Below are positions 51,421 through 64,000 of a stretch of DNA of 64,000 nucleotides, in pieces; the first letter of the stretch is position 1, and each line of letters begins with the position of its first letter. The stretch is from the NCBI RefSeq assembly GCF_035594765.1, contig NC_085842.1, positions 157,183,036 to 157,247,035 of the forward strand, read 5' to 3'. A program made the position numbers and the translations under genes. Under the pieces are notes generated by a model, which was not told the origin of the DNA, made no database searches, and was given only the letters and a program-made list of their open reading frames with translations. Origin of the DNA: Anolis carolinensis. Its lineage: Eukaryota.

Positions 51421-51879
51421 TCACTTGCAGACACTGATCCATTCCGTGGCAGGACACTCCTCACATTGCACATGACAGCACCAGTGGAAGCGGCAATGGC
51501 AACGCTGGGTTCGCATTTCCTGCAGCACATTGTGGCCACGGCCACAGCACAGGCTGCCACAGCCATCCGACCTCATGCTTCCCTTGATGCACAAGCGGCC
51601 ACGGGTGCCTGATGAACCCAGACTCTGGTCAGGCTCACAGAAATCAGGCGAGGGTTCATAGAAAATGAGGTGCTTGGCCAGGCGGGAACTGTGGAGTCGT
51701 GGCCGGAAAGCTCCAGAGTTGCCATTGTGGGGCCGCAAGAATATGGCCTGGTCCATTTGTTCCCTTAGGTCAGAACCCACATGCTGGAAGTCAGGAGGTG
51801 CCAACCAGCACGTCTGGAAGTGGCAGCTCCCTGAGGGACCATGGCATTTGCATCTTCGCTGTCTCAGCTCTGATACAAC
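51421..51879 (-). CDS. WNT10B: Wnt-10b, last coding exon (459 nt)
   Basis: [25 protein letters not shown]...[12 protein letters not shown]...SPDFCE...CCGRGHN...CHCRFHWCC...VCK*; AG acceptor; adjacent to ARF3 in the same orientation as in mammals. Confidence 0.93.
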   Translation of the reverse strand, partial: VVSELRQRRCKCHGPSGSCHFQTCWLAPPDFQHVGSDLREQMDQAIFLRPHNGNSGAFRPRLHSSRLAKHLIFYEPSPDFCEPDQSLGSSGTRGRLCIKGSMRSDGCGSLCCGRGHNVLQEMRTQRCHCRFHWCCHVQCEECPATEWISVCK

Positions 51880-53292
51880 CTGTCAGAGGAAGAAAGAAAG
51901 ATTTAGAAGTCAGAAAACATATGGTTACCCTCTGCTGCATGGAACTGCTCTTTCTATTTTGTCCCCCTGTTGAAGATGACTAAAAAACCAGTGACTTTAA
52001 TCAAGTGAAGCATGTGCCAGCTTTGGGAATGACTATGAGAAGTATGGAATTGAATCTATACTGCCACCACCCTGAGATAAGTTACTGTATCTTTGACAAT
52101 GCATAGTTACAACTAATTCTCTTTCCAAGAAGTTATGGCCTTTGCAACAAGCAAACCACTTGAACAGCTCAAGAACTGCACAGAGTGGCACCTTCATTTT
52201 GGAGTGAAGTATCCTCTCTTATACTCTGTACACAAGAGTATACATCAGCCAGTTTTTAAGAGACTCGGTGCTTTGCCTAGAAGGACCCACTGTCTCACTA
52301 CATTAGCCATTTCGGGTGATTGGAAGTAAATTAGCATTGATCCTGGTTGTTCTTGCAACTTATCGGGGAATATTTTCTTGATTTTGTGTGTGTGATGGGA
52401 GCCTCCCAGAATATAATATTTAGCCACTTTAAAGTTTAGGATGTCTCAGCTGAACAACATAGTATTTTTTTAAAAAAAAAATTAGGGTGGTGTGACAGCC
52501 TTTGGAATTGGTAGGGCCTGTAGGGCTTGCACTGTCAATCTCCTAAAAAGCCAAATGCAGCAGATACCCCACATAATTCTGTTAAACCATTTCTAAAAGC
52601 ACTGATTTCTGTTGTTGCATTAACTATCATTAAGCTTTTGTATGTGGGATAATTAGAAAAGGAAGAGGGCAATGTCTAAGACTTGTGAGTGGGCTGAGAC
52701 TCACAATTGACTTGTTTTTGCTGTACAAAAGCTTAAATTACAACAGATATTTTGTGTCAAAGACAGAGAAGACACTACTGTGAAATATTACTGGATAACT
52801 TTAGACCAATCACTTTTTCTCAGCCTATTCTATCAGAAAGGATTTTGTGAGGGGAGGAATCCTGTACTCCAAAGATGGGCTACATGTGATCCTTAGAACT
52901 GTTGGACTGCAGCTCCCATGATCCTTTGCCAATAGCTCTTCTATTAAGAGCTGCCATCCAACAACATCTGGATAGACCCAAATCCTCAGTCCTAATGCAT
53001 ACCACCCTGGAGTCCCTTGATGGGAAGACAGAATATAAAAATGCAGTAATGATCTAATAATTCAGAAAAGTAAAGGTGATTTTACTGCTCTTATATAGCC
53101 ACAAATCTACCATGGGAGTTGTCATTATTTTCTAAATAGACTAAGATTCTATATTAGAAAGAAACCACAGCAGTATGCAGAGAAAAAGGAAAATTCATAG
53201 GGCTCCACATCAGGAAGAAGTGGGCAGAAACAACAAACAATTAACTTGGGTTTGGTTTGTAGTGACTTTATTGTTTACATTGCTTTGCTATA

Positions 53293-53587
53293 GTAAAAGG
53301 TAAAGGTTTCCCCTGACGTTAAGTCCAGTCGGGACCAACTCTGGGGGTTGGTGCTCATCTCCATTTCTAAGCCAAAGAGCCAGCGTTGTCCGTAGACACC
53401 TCCAAGGTCATGTGGCCGGCATGACTGCATTGAGCGCCGTTACCTTCCTGCCTGAGCGGTACCTATTGATCTACTCACATTTGCATGTTTTCGAACTGCT
53501 AGGTTGGCAGGAGCTCATTCCGCTCCCGGGATTTGAACCTGGGACCTTTTGGTCCGCAAGTTCAGCAGCTCAGTGCTTTAACACACT
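53293..53587 (-). mobile_element. Sauria SINE
   Basis: Reverse complement of the family body with AAAGGT tail. Confidence 0.85.
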
Positions 53588-53827
53588 ATAACTACACATG
53601 TATTATTCCAGAACTTTCTAAACTCTGTGTTGCAGCATATTAGTGTGTCAGCAACAGTGTGCCAGTGTGTCAGGCCAACATAACAAGAAATGACTAAATA
53701 TCTTGAAAATGTACGTTATTATCTTACAAATCATATATATATTTAAAAATATAAATGAAAGATGTGTTGTGTCTCCATACATTTCATCATTACAATGTAT
53801 ATATGTGTTTGTATCTCTTATAAGGGA

Positions 53828-54320
53828 CTAGCTGTGCATGGCCACGCATTGCTGTGGTGAAGTATGATGGTATGGGAAATAAAGTATTGAGGAATTGGTG
53901 GTAGTTAAGGTAAAGGGTAAAGGTTTTCCCCTGAGATTAAGTCCAGTCGTGTCTGACTCTGGGGGGTTGGTGCTCATCTTTAGTCTACACTGCCATATAA
54001 TCCAGTTGAAATCAGATAATCTGTAATCTGATTGAAGTGGCCCTGGGCTGAGTGGGTTGCTAGGAGACCAAGTGGGTGGAGCTTAGCCTTCTAACTGACA
54101 GCAGACCAAGTGGGTGGAGCTTAGCCATCTAACTGGCAGCAATGGGATAAAAACAATTATTCCACTCCCTCTAATTAGGACTTTATATTTCATTTCTTTT
54201 TGTTGTATGAACGTAGAGGCATGGATGAGGGGTTGTGCTGCCAAGTTTAGTGTTTCTGGGATATGTAGTTTTGTTGTTTTGTCCTAGGCCGAAATTTCAT
54301 TACCCTTTTATATATATAGA
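53828..54320 (-). mobile_element. Non-autonomous Helitron nested in a hAT-like MITE (~53610-54421)
   Basis: Same termini as 25275-26006 (TC...hairpin...CTAG); A|T insertion with no TSD; uninterrupted paralogous site at ~41699-41725. Confidence 0.8.
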
Positions 54321-55499
54321 TTGGTTTAACCTTCTGTTCGCTAGTAAAACTGAATTACTGTGTTCCAAAATGATGCATGTCTAAAAAATGTGTCGCCAAC
54401 ATGAAACGTTAGGAAAGTTCCAACAATTATTCCATTGTTGCATCCATTTCCCTTAAGATAACACTTTGGTTGTGGATATTCCCTTTCCCTAGGTATTCAA
54501 ATAAGGTCTCCACACAGAAAACTGAAGAGGGCTCCTGAGGGGTTGGGTGGCAAAAGAGAATTTTGGCAGGTGTGGCTTGTTACCTGTCTGCATAAGAAGC
54601 ACCCCTTGGAACAGGTGCTATCTGTAGTTTGAATCTTGCAACCCTAAAAAAGCAAATTTCCTAAATGGGAAAACATATTATTTTTTTCTAGGAAGAAAAC
54701 CCTTGCCTCTGCTATTGTGCAAACTTTCCCCTCATTTAGCTCTACAGTTAGCCCTCCACATATGTGGGTTCGACTTTTGTGGGTTTGATTAAAATGTTCT
54801 CTCTAGGGATCACTCAGTCCTCAGTAATATTTTTTCCAGACATTGGCCATAGAATCACTATGGAAGACCTAGAGGTTCCTACAGAGAACATATCTTTGGG
54901 AATCTGTAGATCAGTAGTTCTCAACCTTGGGTCCCCAGATGTTTTGGCCTTCGACTCTCAGAAATCCTAACAGCTGGTAAACTGCCACCACAAACTCACG
55001 TTCCCAAGGTCTGTAGAACCCCAGTACTTATTGGCACTTCTGTTATTGAATTGAACTTGCTGCTGTTCTCACAGTTATTGCCAACCACCTATGACTTTTG
55101 TCCATAAGGAAGGAAAAGAGCAGGGGTGGAGAACTTCTGGCTTTCCAGATATTTTGGGCTTCCAGCCAGTCCAGCCAATGATAAAAGATTATGGGAACAT
55201 AGTCTAAAGCTGTTTAGCGGGCCAAATATTCCCCACCCTTGGAATAGAGGGATGCCTACACCCAGAATGAGCCATCACTGGTGATGATGTTCAAGATATT
55301 ACCAGAATTTGAAGCTCGCGCTGTGGCTCATTTTAGTCTTTACGTCTGTACTAAGCCTGTGCACATTACAGCCCTCTAGTGTCTATGAAGAATCTGCAGA
55401 AAATCTAGAATGAATTTGGGAGAAAAGGGGAAAGCAAATTCTTCTAACTGAACTTGGATTTAAATATGAACAAGGACAACTGGGTTTCTGATCTCTCTG

Positions 55500-55829
55500 T
55501 AAAGGTAAAGGTTTTCCCCTGGCATAAAGTCTAGTCGTGTCTGACTCTGGGGGTTAGTTCTCATCTCAATTTCTAAGCCGAAGAGCCAGCATTGTCCATA
55601 GACACCTCCAAGGTCATGTGGCCGGCATGACTGCATGGAGCGCTGTTACCTTCCTGCTGGAGAGGTACTTATTGACTTACTCACATTTGGATGTTTGTGA
55701 ACTTCTAGGTTGGCAGAAACTGGGGCTAACAGCGGGAGCTCCCCCCGCTGCCCCGATTCGAACTGCCGACCTTTCAGTCAGCAAGTCCAGCAGCTCAGCA
55801 GTTTAATCCACTGCACCACCGAGGGCTCC
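55500..55829 (-). mobile_element. Full-length Sauria SINE
   Basis: 11-bp TSD TGATCTCTCTG (55489-55499, 55830-55840). Confidence 0.9.
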
Positions 55830-57000
55830 TGATCTCTCTGCACATTGATTAATTTTAAGGGTGTTAAGAGGACAATCAGTTTGTAGGCTGGTTCCCCACA
55901 TTTCTGATCCCTATGCCATATATTTGAACTAGAACCCCAGGGTTGCTGTATTTTTATATGCAAAAAGGCTGTGGTTTGTGGTACCTAAGCATGGCATACG
56001 TGTTCAAATGCCAGTCTCTTGCATTTCTGCCTGGGCTGCCCTTCTAAATTGGTTTTCTGATTGGAAGGAGGCACACCTAAAACATTTCCTATAGAGATGC
56101 ACTGCGCCAATTCTTTGAGGACAAAGAACATTGCAAATAATTGAATTCCTTTATCTGAAAGATAGGCAGAATTATCTACCAAACAATTTGAGTAGAAGGA
56201 GGTACACTCCGCTCTAGTCCAAATGGAAGAAACTGAACTATCTCAAGGTTCGACCTGGAATCTCAGGCACTATCCCCTCATCTCCATTTCTTTGTGCAAA
56301 ATTCTCAAAGCAAGAGCACTGTCTTGAGAGGTCTTTGTTTATTGTGTTTATTTATGATTTGAATGGCATACTTTGAAAAACTGAGATGGAGACTGAGGGT
56401 CCATTCTGTGACATGAGGGGAGCATTTTGCTCAACTCTGCCTAAGTTAGGTCTGACATTGCAAGCCTATATTGCAAGCTTCTTAAAGAAGAGCCAGCATG
56501 ATATAGTGGTTTGAGTCTTGGATTATGACTCTGAATCCATTGAAACCCACTGAGTGAACTTGAACAAGAGACATTCTCTCGGCCTCAGATGGAGACAAGG
56601 CCAAACCCTCTCTGGACATTTTTTCCAAGAAAGCCCAGCAATTGGTTCATTTTAGGAACCTCATAAGTCAGAAATGACTTGAAGGTACACAACAGTGATC
56701 CCTTAAAGTAATGATTCTCAAAATGTGGTCCCTGGAGCCATTGGGGCTTTGCGAAGCATACTGGGGGGCTCCATGCTTTCCTCCTCTTCCCCCTCCAAGC
56801 TTTTCCTCCTTTTTTCTGCTCCTCCCCCTCCCCACATCTCCTTCGCCACCAAAAGCCCTTTTCCCTATCTCCCTTACCACCCAGATCCTTTCCCCCTCAC
56901 CTTGCTTGCTTTCAGAACCCTATTTCTCTCCCATCACTTTGATTGTGCTTTTCCTGCATGGCAGAAGGGAGTTGAACTGGATGGCCCCTGGGTTTTCTGC

Positions 57001-57014
57001 TATTGTTGTTGTTG

Positions 57015-57064
<50 letters not shown>

Positions 57065-57165
57065 GACACAAAAACGTAGTATGACACAGCAAATGAGATA
57101 TATATGCTGGATTTCATGTCACAAAATCATTATTATTGTTATTGTTGTTGTTGTTGTTATTAAGG
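57001..57165. repeat. (TTG)n/(TTA)n microsatellite containing a very short R4/Dong 3' end (57065-57129)
   Basis: GACACAA..ATGACACAGCAAA..GGATTTC..TCACAAAATCA matches 13207-13271. Confidence 0.75.
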
Positions 57166-57620
57166 CTGAATGGCCATCTGTTGAGGGTACTTTGATTGTG
57201 CTTTTTCTTCATGACAGAAGGGGATTGGACTGGATGGCCCCTGAGACCTTCCACTGAAATACTGTTAAGTTTATGTTAGTTAAAATGGTTCTTCATTTTA
57301 AATATTTTATTATTCTTGCTGTCTTTATTTCTTTTTTGTACTACAAATGAGATATGTGCAGTGTGAATAGGAATTTGTTCATTTTTTCCCAATTAGTTCA
57401 CACAAACATTTTTCATCCATTTGCCACTGGCCTAGTCCGTCTGTCCAATTTTAAAACAATTTTTTTTCAAAACGTTTGTCCATTCCTGATATAGATACAT
57501 TGTATATAATATAATATACCATAACATTTCTTGGGGCTTCATGAGAAACTGGCTGAAAAGGTTTAAGAACCCTTGCCTTAAAGGCAGCACCTTGGACAGC
57601 TCCTTTAAGGTTCAGACAGT

Positions 57621-57768
57621 GGGTCCTGCCACACAGCCATATAACCCAGAATATCAAGGCAGAAAATCCCAGTGTCTGTTTTAAACTAGGTTATCTGAGT
57701 CCACACTGCCATATATTCCAATTCAATGCAGAAAATCAGGGATTTTATTCAGCTGTGTGGAAGGGGGC
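57621..57768. mobile_element. Harbinger-like MITE
   Basis: Body matches 27618-27767. Confidence 0.75.
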
Positions 57769-59329
57769 TAAAATACCAGAATTGATGCATGAATCCACCA
57801 GTTGAGAGCAGTCAAGAGGCCAGATTTCCACCCATTCCTATCCACTAAATTCAAGAAGATGCAAAAATCCCAAATTTTGCCTTTAACAGGGTTTTTTAAT
57901 TACAAAAAAATCCCAGGCACAACATGTGCCTTCATGTTTAGGAATGGTTTATCATTTCCAAGGTGCTTCTGGCAGCATTAATAGTCTTCTAAATCAATGT
58001 ATGGATATTACATAGTCCTATGTGACAATGTTTCACAGTAAGAATGAAAACTGGACAAAAGCACTGAATGTCACCTGTGGGCTGCCTGCTACTCATTCCT
58101 ATAGTACCTTGGAGAAGCAAAAAAATTCCTCCTCCTACAAATAAATCCATATTTCTCCCCAAACACCCTCTAGGGGCATTTTTGCTAAGTTGTTTGCCCC
58201 TCCTGGCCATTTTAGGCCCAAGAGAGGACTTTTTTAACAACAGGAAGAGATGCATATATCACTTCTGATTAACTTCCCATATTGGCGCAGCTGGTTAAGT
58301 AGCTCTGACCAAGAGGTCGTGAGTTTGAGGCCAGCCCGTGTCAGAGTGAGCACTCAATAATTAAAATAAAAAATAGCCCCTGCTCGTTGTTGACCTAAGC
58401 AACCGAAAGATAGTTGCATCTATCAAGTAGGAATTTAGGTACCGCTTTGCAGGGAGGCAAATTTAACTAATTTACAACACCATAAAAATCATCCAGTTCC
58501 CATTTGGAATGAGGAAGTATCCATCAAGATGCCACAGTGGATGATGAAGCAGATGCTCCCCCTGTGGCCGGAATCGAGCATCTCCCCAGGAAGCTGGAAG
58601 CTGGAGAATGTTAAATCGCCTCTGCGTCTCTGTCTCTGTCTCTATGTTTATATTGCATTGAATGTTTTCCATTATATGTGCACATTGTGATCTGCCATAA
58701 GTCCCCTTCGGGGTGAGAAGGGCGGAATATAAATACTGTAAATAGATAAATAAATAATAGAAATGTCATTTAAGTATTCAAAAGGGTATTTGAGGGTATT
58801 TGGTGGGAAATAAAATGGCTAGATGCCACATTTTGACCACTTCTGACCACTATCTGAAAGCTGAAGATATGCACTGAAAGGGCCCATAGTTCTCAGATAG
58901 TCATTTTATTTTTTACTATTGTAGAAAATGTAGGGGTCAGAAATCCTTCCTGATTGACTGGTAATCAACCAAAGGTCTGCTGCTACATCCCAATCTACAT
59001 TCTGCCCACTCCTCCACCACAATACCCTAACATATCATTTAGAAATACTCAAATAAAGTATCAGATAGGAGTCTGCTTTGCTTAATCATTTTACATCACC
59101 TCACATTTTTCTCTAAAAAATCTTGCAATTCTGAGGATGTGAAATATGACACCAGACATCATAGCATGCCTGTATTACAGGCCACATGGGATGTCCACAG
59201 CAATGCTTGGTCCTGACCACTGTCTCCCAGATGCTCCCAGCCCTGCCCTTTAGCTATGGCAGTTATTATCACTTGCACTACCAACCCCAAGTTCCTAAAT
59301 CCTGTCCTTTGCTCTGGAGAATCTCCTAC

Positions 59330-59682
59330 CTTCCTGCCTATGCGGTGGCTGTGCAGCTGCATCCGTGCATGAGCATCGCGTGGTTTTCCCCGAGGGTCCA
59401 AGAAGTGCCGGGCAAATCTCTGGGCGTAGTCAAAGTCTGTGCTGCAGCCCCCCCACTCCCAGGTGTCTTGGGGGCCAGGTTCCCCCCACCAGGAGGACAG
59501 CACGGGGGGTAGGCTCTTGCCCTTGCTGAGAGTTTGCAGTTGGCTGAGCTTCAGCTTCTGGTTCTCGGTGCTTTGCCTGGCACAGCCACAGCCATGAAGC
59601 TCCCCAAGGCTACAAGCGGTGGCCACAGCGTGAGTCACCCCGGCCGCCAGCAACGAGAAGGCAAAGGCACTTTCGCGGAAGC
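59330..59682 (-). CDS. WNT10B: Wnt-10b, penultimate coding exon (353 nt)
   Basis: [27 protein letters not shown]...LQTLSKGKS...[12 protein letters not shown]...[10 protein letters not shown]; AG/GT boundaries in phase with the last exon; upstream exons not seen in window. Confidence 0.93.
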
Positions 59683-61904
59683 CTATGGAGAAAAGGCACA
59701 TGGGAGGGAAAAGGAGGTTGGACGGTGCACCTGGAGACAGTTAAATAACCAAACCCAGAAGGAGGAGGAGGAGGAGGAAGAAACAGGTATCCCAACATTG
59801 GGTCTAGGTCTGAACATGTAGGAGAAATATGCCCAATAGACAGAATCAACCTCTTCGGACCCACTGTGATCTTTGGAGATCCCTTAGGATGATGAGAGTA
59901 ATCCCATTGTCCCTTGCTTTGCAGTTGGAGGTAAAGTCCAACACCATTACATTAAGCATTTTAATGAAAACAAGGTAAATTGTGAAGTGTTTTGCATTAA
60001 CAAGTTTGTATATTTGAGGATAATTTGGAGGAAGGTCGGAGGTTATTTCTGATGTTTATAAACACTGTTTTTTATTTTTAAAAGTGATTTAAAAGTAGCA
60101 TGTTAATAAGACGCATTGGCCAAAAAATTGCTTCATAGATATCGATATATTTTCCAGTAACACTCTCTGTACTTGTACTCTGTACTACACATGCTCTGTA
60201 CTGTGACCCCTGCTCAGGGCTGAAATGTTCCCCATTTAGTTATCAAAGAAAGCAAAATTATCCAACTACTTGCTCAAGCCAAATCAAGGATTTGTGCACA
60301 GAGTTGCTGATCTCTCACCCTTTCCTCTGCATCTCTTATTTGGAGGAAGAAACCGAAAGCAACAGCTATTCAGGGTGCTTTTCCTTCCCTTTCTTAACCA
60401 TTGGAATAACCTTCCAAACCTTCTTGTCTGATTGTTGCCATATTGTCCACATAGTTTTCTCCAACCTAACATGCTGTTTCAAACAACGAACCATCACCAT
60501 CCCATCCTAAAAGCAGAGGGACTTTTTTCTTCCATGCTCTGCTCCTGTTGCTTGTGCAGTGATGTCATTGTATATATGGAGCCATGCTGAAGATCAGCTG
60601 AGAACATCCTCTTAGTAATACCACTACTATGCCAAGTTAGAGCATCCGCAGCTGCACTGTAATGAACGTGTGCCCTTCCCTGTGTCCAGTGCCAAAGTCC
60701 TTGAGTATTTTTGGACTGTCATAAAGGGTTTCTCATCAGGATGGACTAAGATTAAATATGTTGAGGGAATGCAGGATTGTGCTTTTTAGCAATGTGTGCG
60801 CTGATTATCATTGTTTAGATCAGATCCTAGAAGATTGGTTTTTAAATGTTTTGCAGGGTCTGTTTCTTGGTTTTTTTTTTTTTAATGCACCAGCCATTAC
60901 TTACTACTTTACAAATAACACACGACTAACATATTATTCCTTTTTGTTGTTGTTTTGTTCCTTCAAGTTGTTTCTGAATTATGGTAGCCAAAAAGTGATC
61001 CTATCTTGGGATTTCATGGGGGGTGAAAGTGTGTGACCCACAGTCATCCAGCAAGTTTCCATGTTCAACAGAATCTAATGTTCAAACCAATGCTGGCTCT
61101 AATTTTTAAAATTCTAATCTTTACAATATATCCACTTTCATAATGCACATGACCTCACCAAAAGACCCAAATTCCCTAAATGTATTCATAATTAACTATT
61201 TTTACAAATAATGAGCAAATATGACTTATATCGTAGTCTCCTGATTTTCTTAATTATTGCAACATGATGCTGGCACTTATGTTCTTATTGACCCAGAAAA
61301 CACTTTTTTGAAAAACATTATCTCTATGCTCTATTTCATATCAAAGAATAATGAAATCATTGTGACTATTCACGCACCTTTGGAGTCGAGAGGAATACAT
61401 TTTAGGATTTCAATGGTTAGCAAGCTGTTACATAACTATTGTTGCTTTCCCAAAGGAAAGCAAGAATTTGTGAGGGGGGGGGGGGTGTTAAAAAAATCAA
61501 TTAGAAGTTTCCTGCCTGCACAAAACTACAATTCCAAAAGCTCCCTAGAGAACACATGAAGCTGCCTTATATTGAAGCAGACCTTGGCTTCATCTAGCAC
61601 TGTGGTTCTCAGCCTGGGGTCCCCAGATGTTTTGGGCCTACAACTCCCAGAAATCCCAGCCAGTTTACCAGCTGTTAGGATTTCTGGCCAAAAACATCTG
61701 GGAATCCCAGGTTGAGAACCACTGATAGCGTAATATTGTCAGTTCTAGTTGGCAATAGTAGTTCTCTAAGGATTCAAGGCAGCATATATCTACTGTCCAA
61801 ATATCAACTAAGCTTGACTTCTTAGAATTTGAAATCAGATAAAAGCAGATGCATTCAGGTGATGTGGTGGTACTATGAAACCAGCATACCTGTGGCTCGC
61901 TTTT

Positions 61905-62150
61905 CTTTTGTGTCAGGAGCAACTTGAGAAACTGCAAGTTGCTTCTGGTGTGAGAGAATTGGCCATCTGCAAGGGCGTTGTCCAGGGGACACTTGAAAGT
62001 TTTATGTTTTACCATCCTTGCAGGAGGCTTGTCTCATGTCCCTGTATGGAGATCTGGAGCTGACAGATGGAGCTCATCTGCTCTCCCCCTATTCTAACCA
62101 CCAACCTGTGGGTCAGCAGTCCTGCTGGCACAAGAGTTTAACCCATTGCT
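61905..62150 (-). mobile_element. ACASINE2-like SINE
   Basis: tRNA-like head and GGCCAATTCTCTCACACCAGAAGC body on the minus strand. Confidence 0.7.
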
Positions 62151-62858
62151 CTACAATGCAAACATAAACATGTCAACTTAGAGATAGGGTTAGCTGGTTT
62201 CAATTGTGCTCATAAATCCTCCCAGGATTGCCATTTCAGATCCCAATCTGTGTTACAGGAATCTCTCTCAATCAGTATGCATTTGTTTGGGAATGTTGGT
62301 AAGTCCTCTGCCTCAACATGATACTTATCTTGATATGCATCATTCCTAGAACACAACTAATCCCCATCAGCTCTATTACACCTGGGATTCTCCAAAGCCA
62401 AAAAGATAATCAGACCAAAGATCAGGTATATAACTCTTTGGGAAGATAAGGCACACATTTTGAGTTATCTGGTAAGTAGGAATAATAGTTTTGAAAGTGG
62501 ACAATTATTTTTAAGCCCTAGAGGTCCCTAAATACCACAGAACCTGCACTTTTCAATGATGATTTTAAGGCTTGAAGGTTCATTTAATTGTTCTAGAGGT
62601 CCTCTTAAAAGAGAGAGCCCCTTACTCCAAATGTGCCTGTTCTTGTCAGTCAGTTATGACTGAAAGTTTAAAATGCACACTACGGCCGACTCCCTTATCC
62701 ATGGATTTGATATTCACAGCAGCATTTACCCACATCCAGAACATATTCTCTTCAGAGTTGTTTGTGGGCCTATCTAGGTGCTCCAGTACTATTCTATGGT
62801 ATGTTTCTAGTGGAAATAAAGACAAAATTTAGGATTCATTATTATACAGTTTTAGGTA

Positions 62859-63197
62859 CAGTAGTCTCACTTATCCAACCTTCACTTATCCAACATCCTA
62901 TATTATCCAACACAGTCTGCCTTTTAGTAGTCAGTGTTTTTGTACTCAATGTTTTCAATACATTGCGATGTTTTGGTGCTAAATTCGTAAATACAGGAAT
63001 TACTACATAACTTTACTGTGTATTGAACTGCTTTTTCTGTCAATTTGTTGTAAAACATGTTTTGGTGCTTAATTTGTAAAATCATAACGTAATTTGATGA
63101 TTAATAGGCTTTTCCTTAATCCCTCCTTATTATCCAACATTTTTGCTTATCCAACATTCTGCCGGCCCATTTATGTTGGATAAGCAAGACTCTACTG
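62859..63197. mobile_element. Tc1/mariner-pogo type MITE
   Basis: Copy of 38734-39077; TA TSD. Confidence 0.85.
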
Positions 63198-63371
63198 TAT
63201 GTGTGGTGGGTTTTGAAATATATCACCCATGGATATGGGGGTTATACTGTACTTCTCTACTGCCTATAATAGAAAGACATATATTTTTATACATTACTCC
63301 AATTTAAACAATTTAAGGCAGATCCAATAATTTTAGTACATCTTTCTTCCAGATCCTATCAATTTTTTATC

Positions 63372-63630
63372 ATGTCAGAAGCGACTTGAGAACATACTGC
63401 AAGTTGCTTCTGTTTGAGAGAATTGGCTGTTTATAGAGACACTACCCAGGGGACACTCGGATGTGTTACCATCCTGCTGGGAGGCTTCTCTCATGTCCCC
63501 ATAAGCTAGAGTTGACAGACGGGAGCTCACCCCATCTCGCGGATTCGAACCAGCAACCTTCAGGACAGCAACCCAACCTTCAAGTCAGCAGTCTAGCGGC
63601 ATAAGAGTTTAACTCATTTCACCACCACCA
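63372..63630 (-). mobile_element. ACASINE2-like SINE
   Basis: B box GGTTCGAATCC and family body on the minus strand. Confidence 0.7.
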
Positions 63631-64000
63631 AGACACAAGTGTGTGCTTTCCACCTCCGTAACTGTAAAGCCAACAGGAAAGTAAAAGTTACTTGGGAAGG
63701 CCAAGAGCTCCAACACTGTTTCCATCCTAAATATCTTGGTGTCAGCTAAGATCAAACACTAACATATAGGAAACACTGCATGAACACCAAGCACAAAGTA
63801 GCTGCATGCAACAACATCCTGCGGAAACTGACTGGCAGCGCATGGGGTGCAGACCCACAAGTAATAAGAACATCAGCCCTGGCCTTGTCTTTCTCAACTG
63901 CTGAGTACGCCTGTCCTGTCTGGCAAAAGTCTGTCCATGTGAAGCAGGTGGACATAGCACTGAATGAAACCTGCAGAATAATCACAGGATGCCTTAACTG
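63631..64000 (+). mobile_element. Vingi/Ingi-like LINE RT C-terminal fragment (runs off the window)
   Basis: KTQVCAFHLRN..PKYLGV, then (after a frame disruption) NNILRKLTGSAWGADPQVIRTSALAL..AEYACPVW..LNETCRIITGCL. Confidence 0.75.

Noticed and set aside
51421-51804. WNT10B as a truncated 127-aa ORF or pseudogene
   Set aside because: The ORF-track start is an internal TTG; the frame is open up to the splice acceptor at 51879 and in phase with the upstream exon

Overview
Vertebrate (squamate, most likely Anolis-type lizard, inferred from Sauria SINE and ACASINE2-like repeats) genomic DNA. Two host genes lie on the minus strand. ARF3 is complete: four coding exons of 148+111+125+162 nt give 181 aa, with a CpG-island promoter at ~39.3-40.4 kb. 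WNT10B is represented by its last two coding exons, and the protein is unusually divergent. The left end holds a full-length, apparently very young BEL/Pao LTR retrotransposon (1351-10116; two 718-bp LTRs identical by eye, CAGTT target-site duplication, intact 2111-aa Gag-Pol). The most striking observation is that this element has no tRNA-type primer-binding site. The 14 nt after the 5' LTR are instead complementary to a segment inside the LTR itself, ending exactly at the LTR boundary, which suggests Tf1-like self-primed reverse transcription in a BEL element. The rest is TE-dense: Penelope-like inverted repeats carrying hammerhead cores (including a perfect 201-bp palindrome), two non-autonomous Helitrons with captured TE fragments, R4/Dong fragments in (TAA)n, CR1/L2/Vingi fragments, SINEs and MITEs. 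Family names come from motif recognition only; no database search was run.
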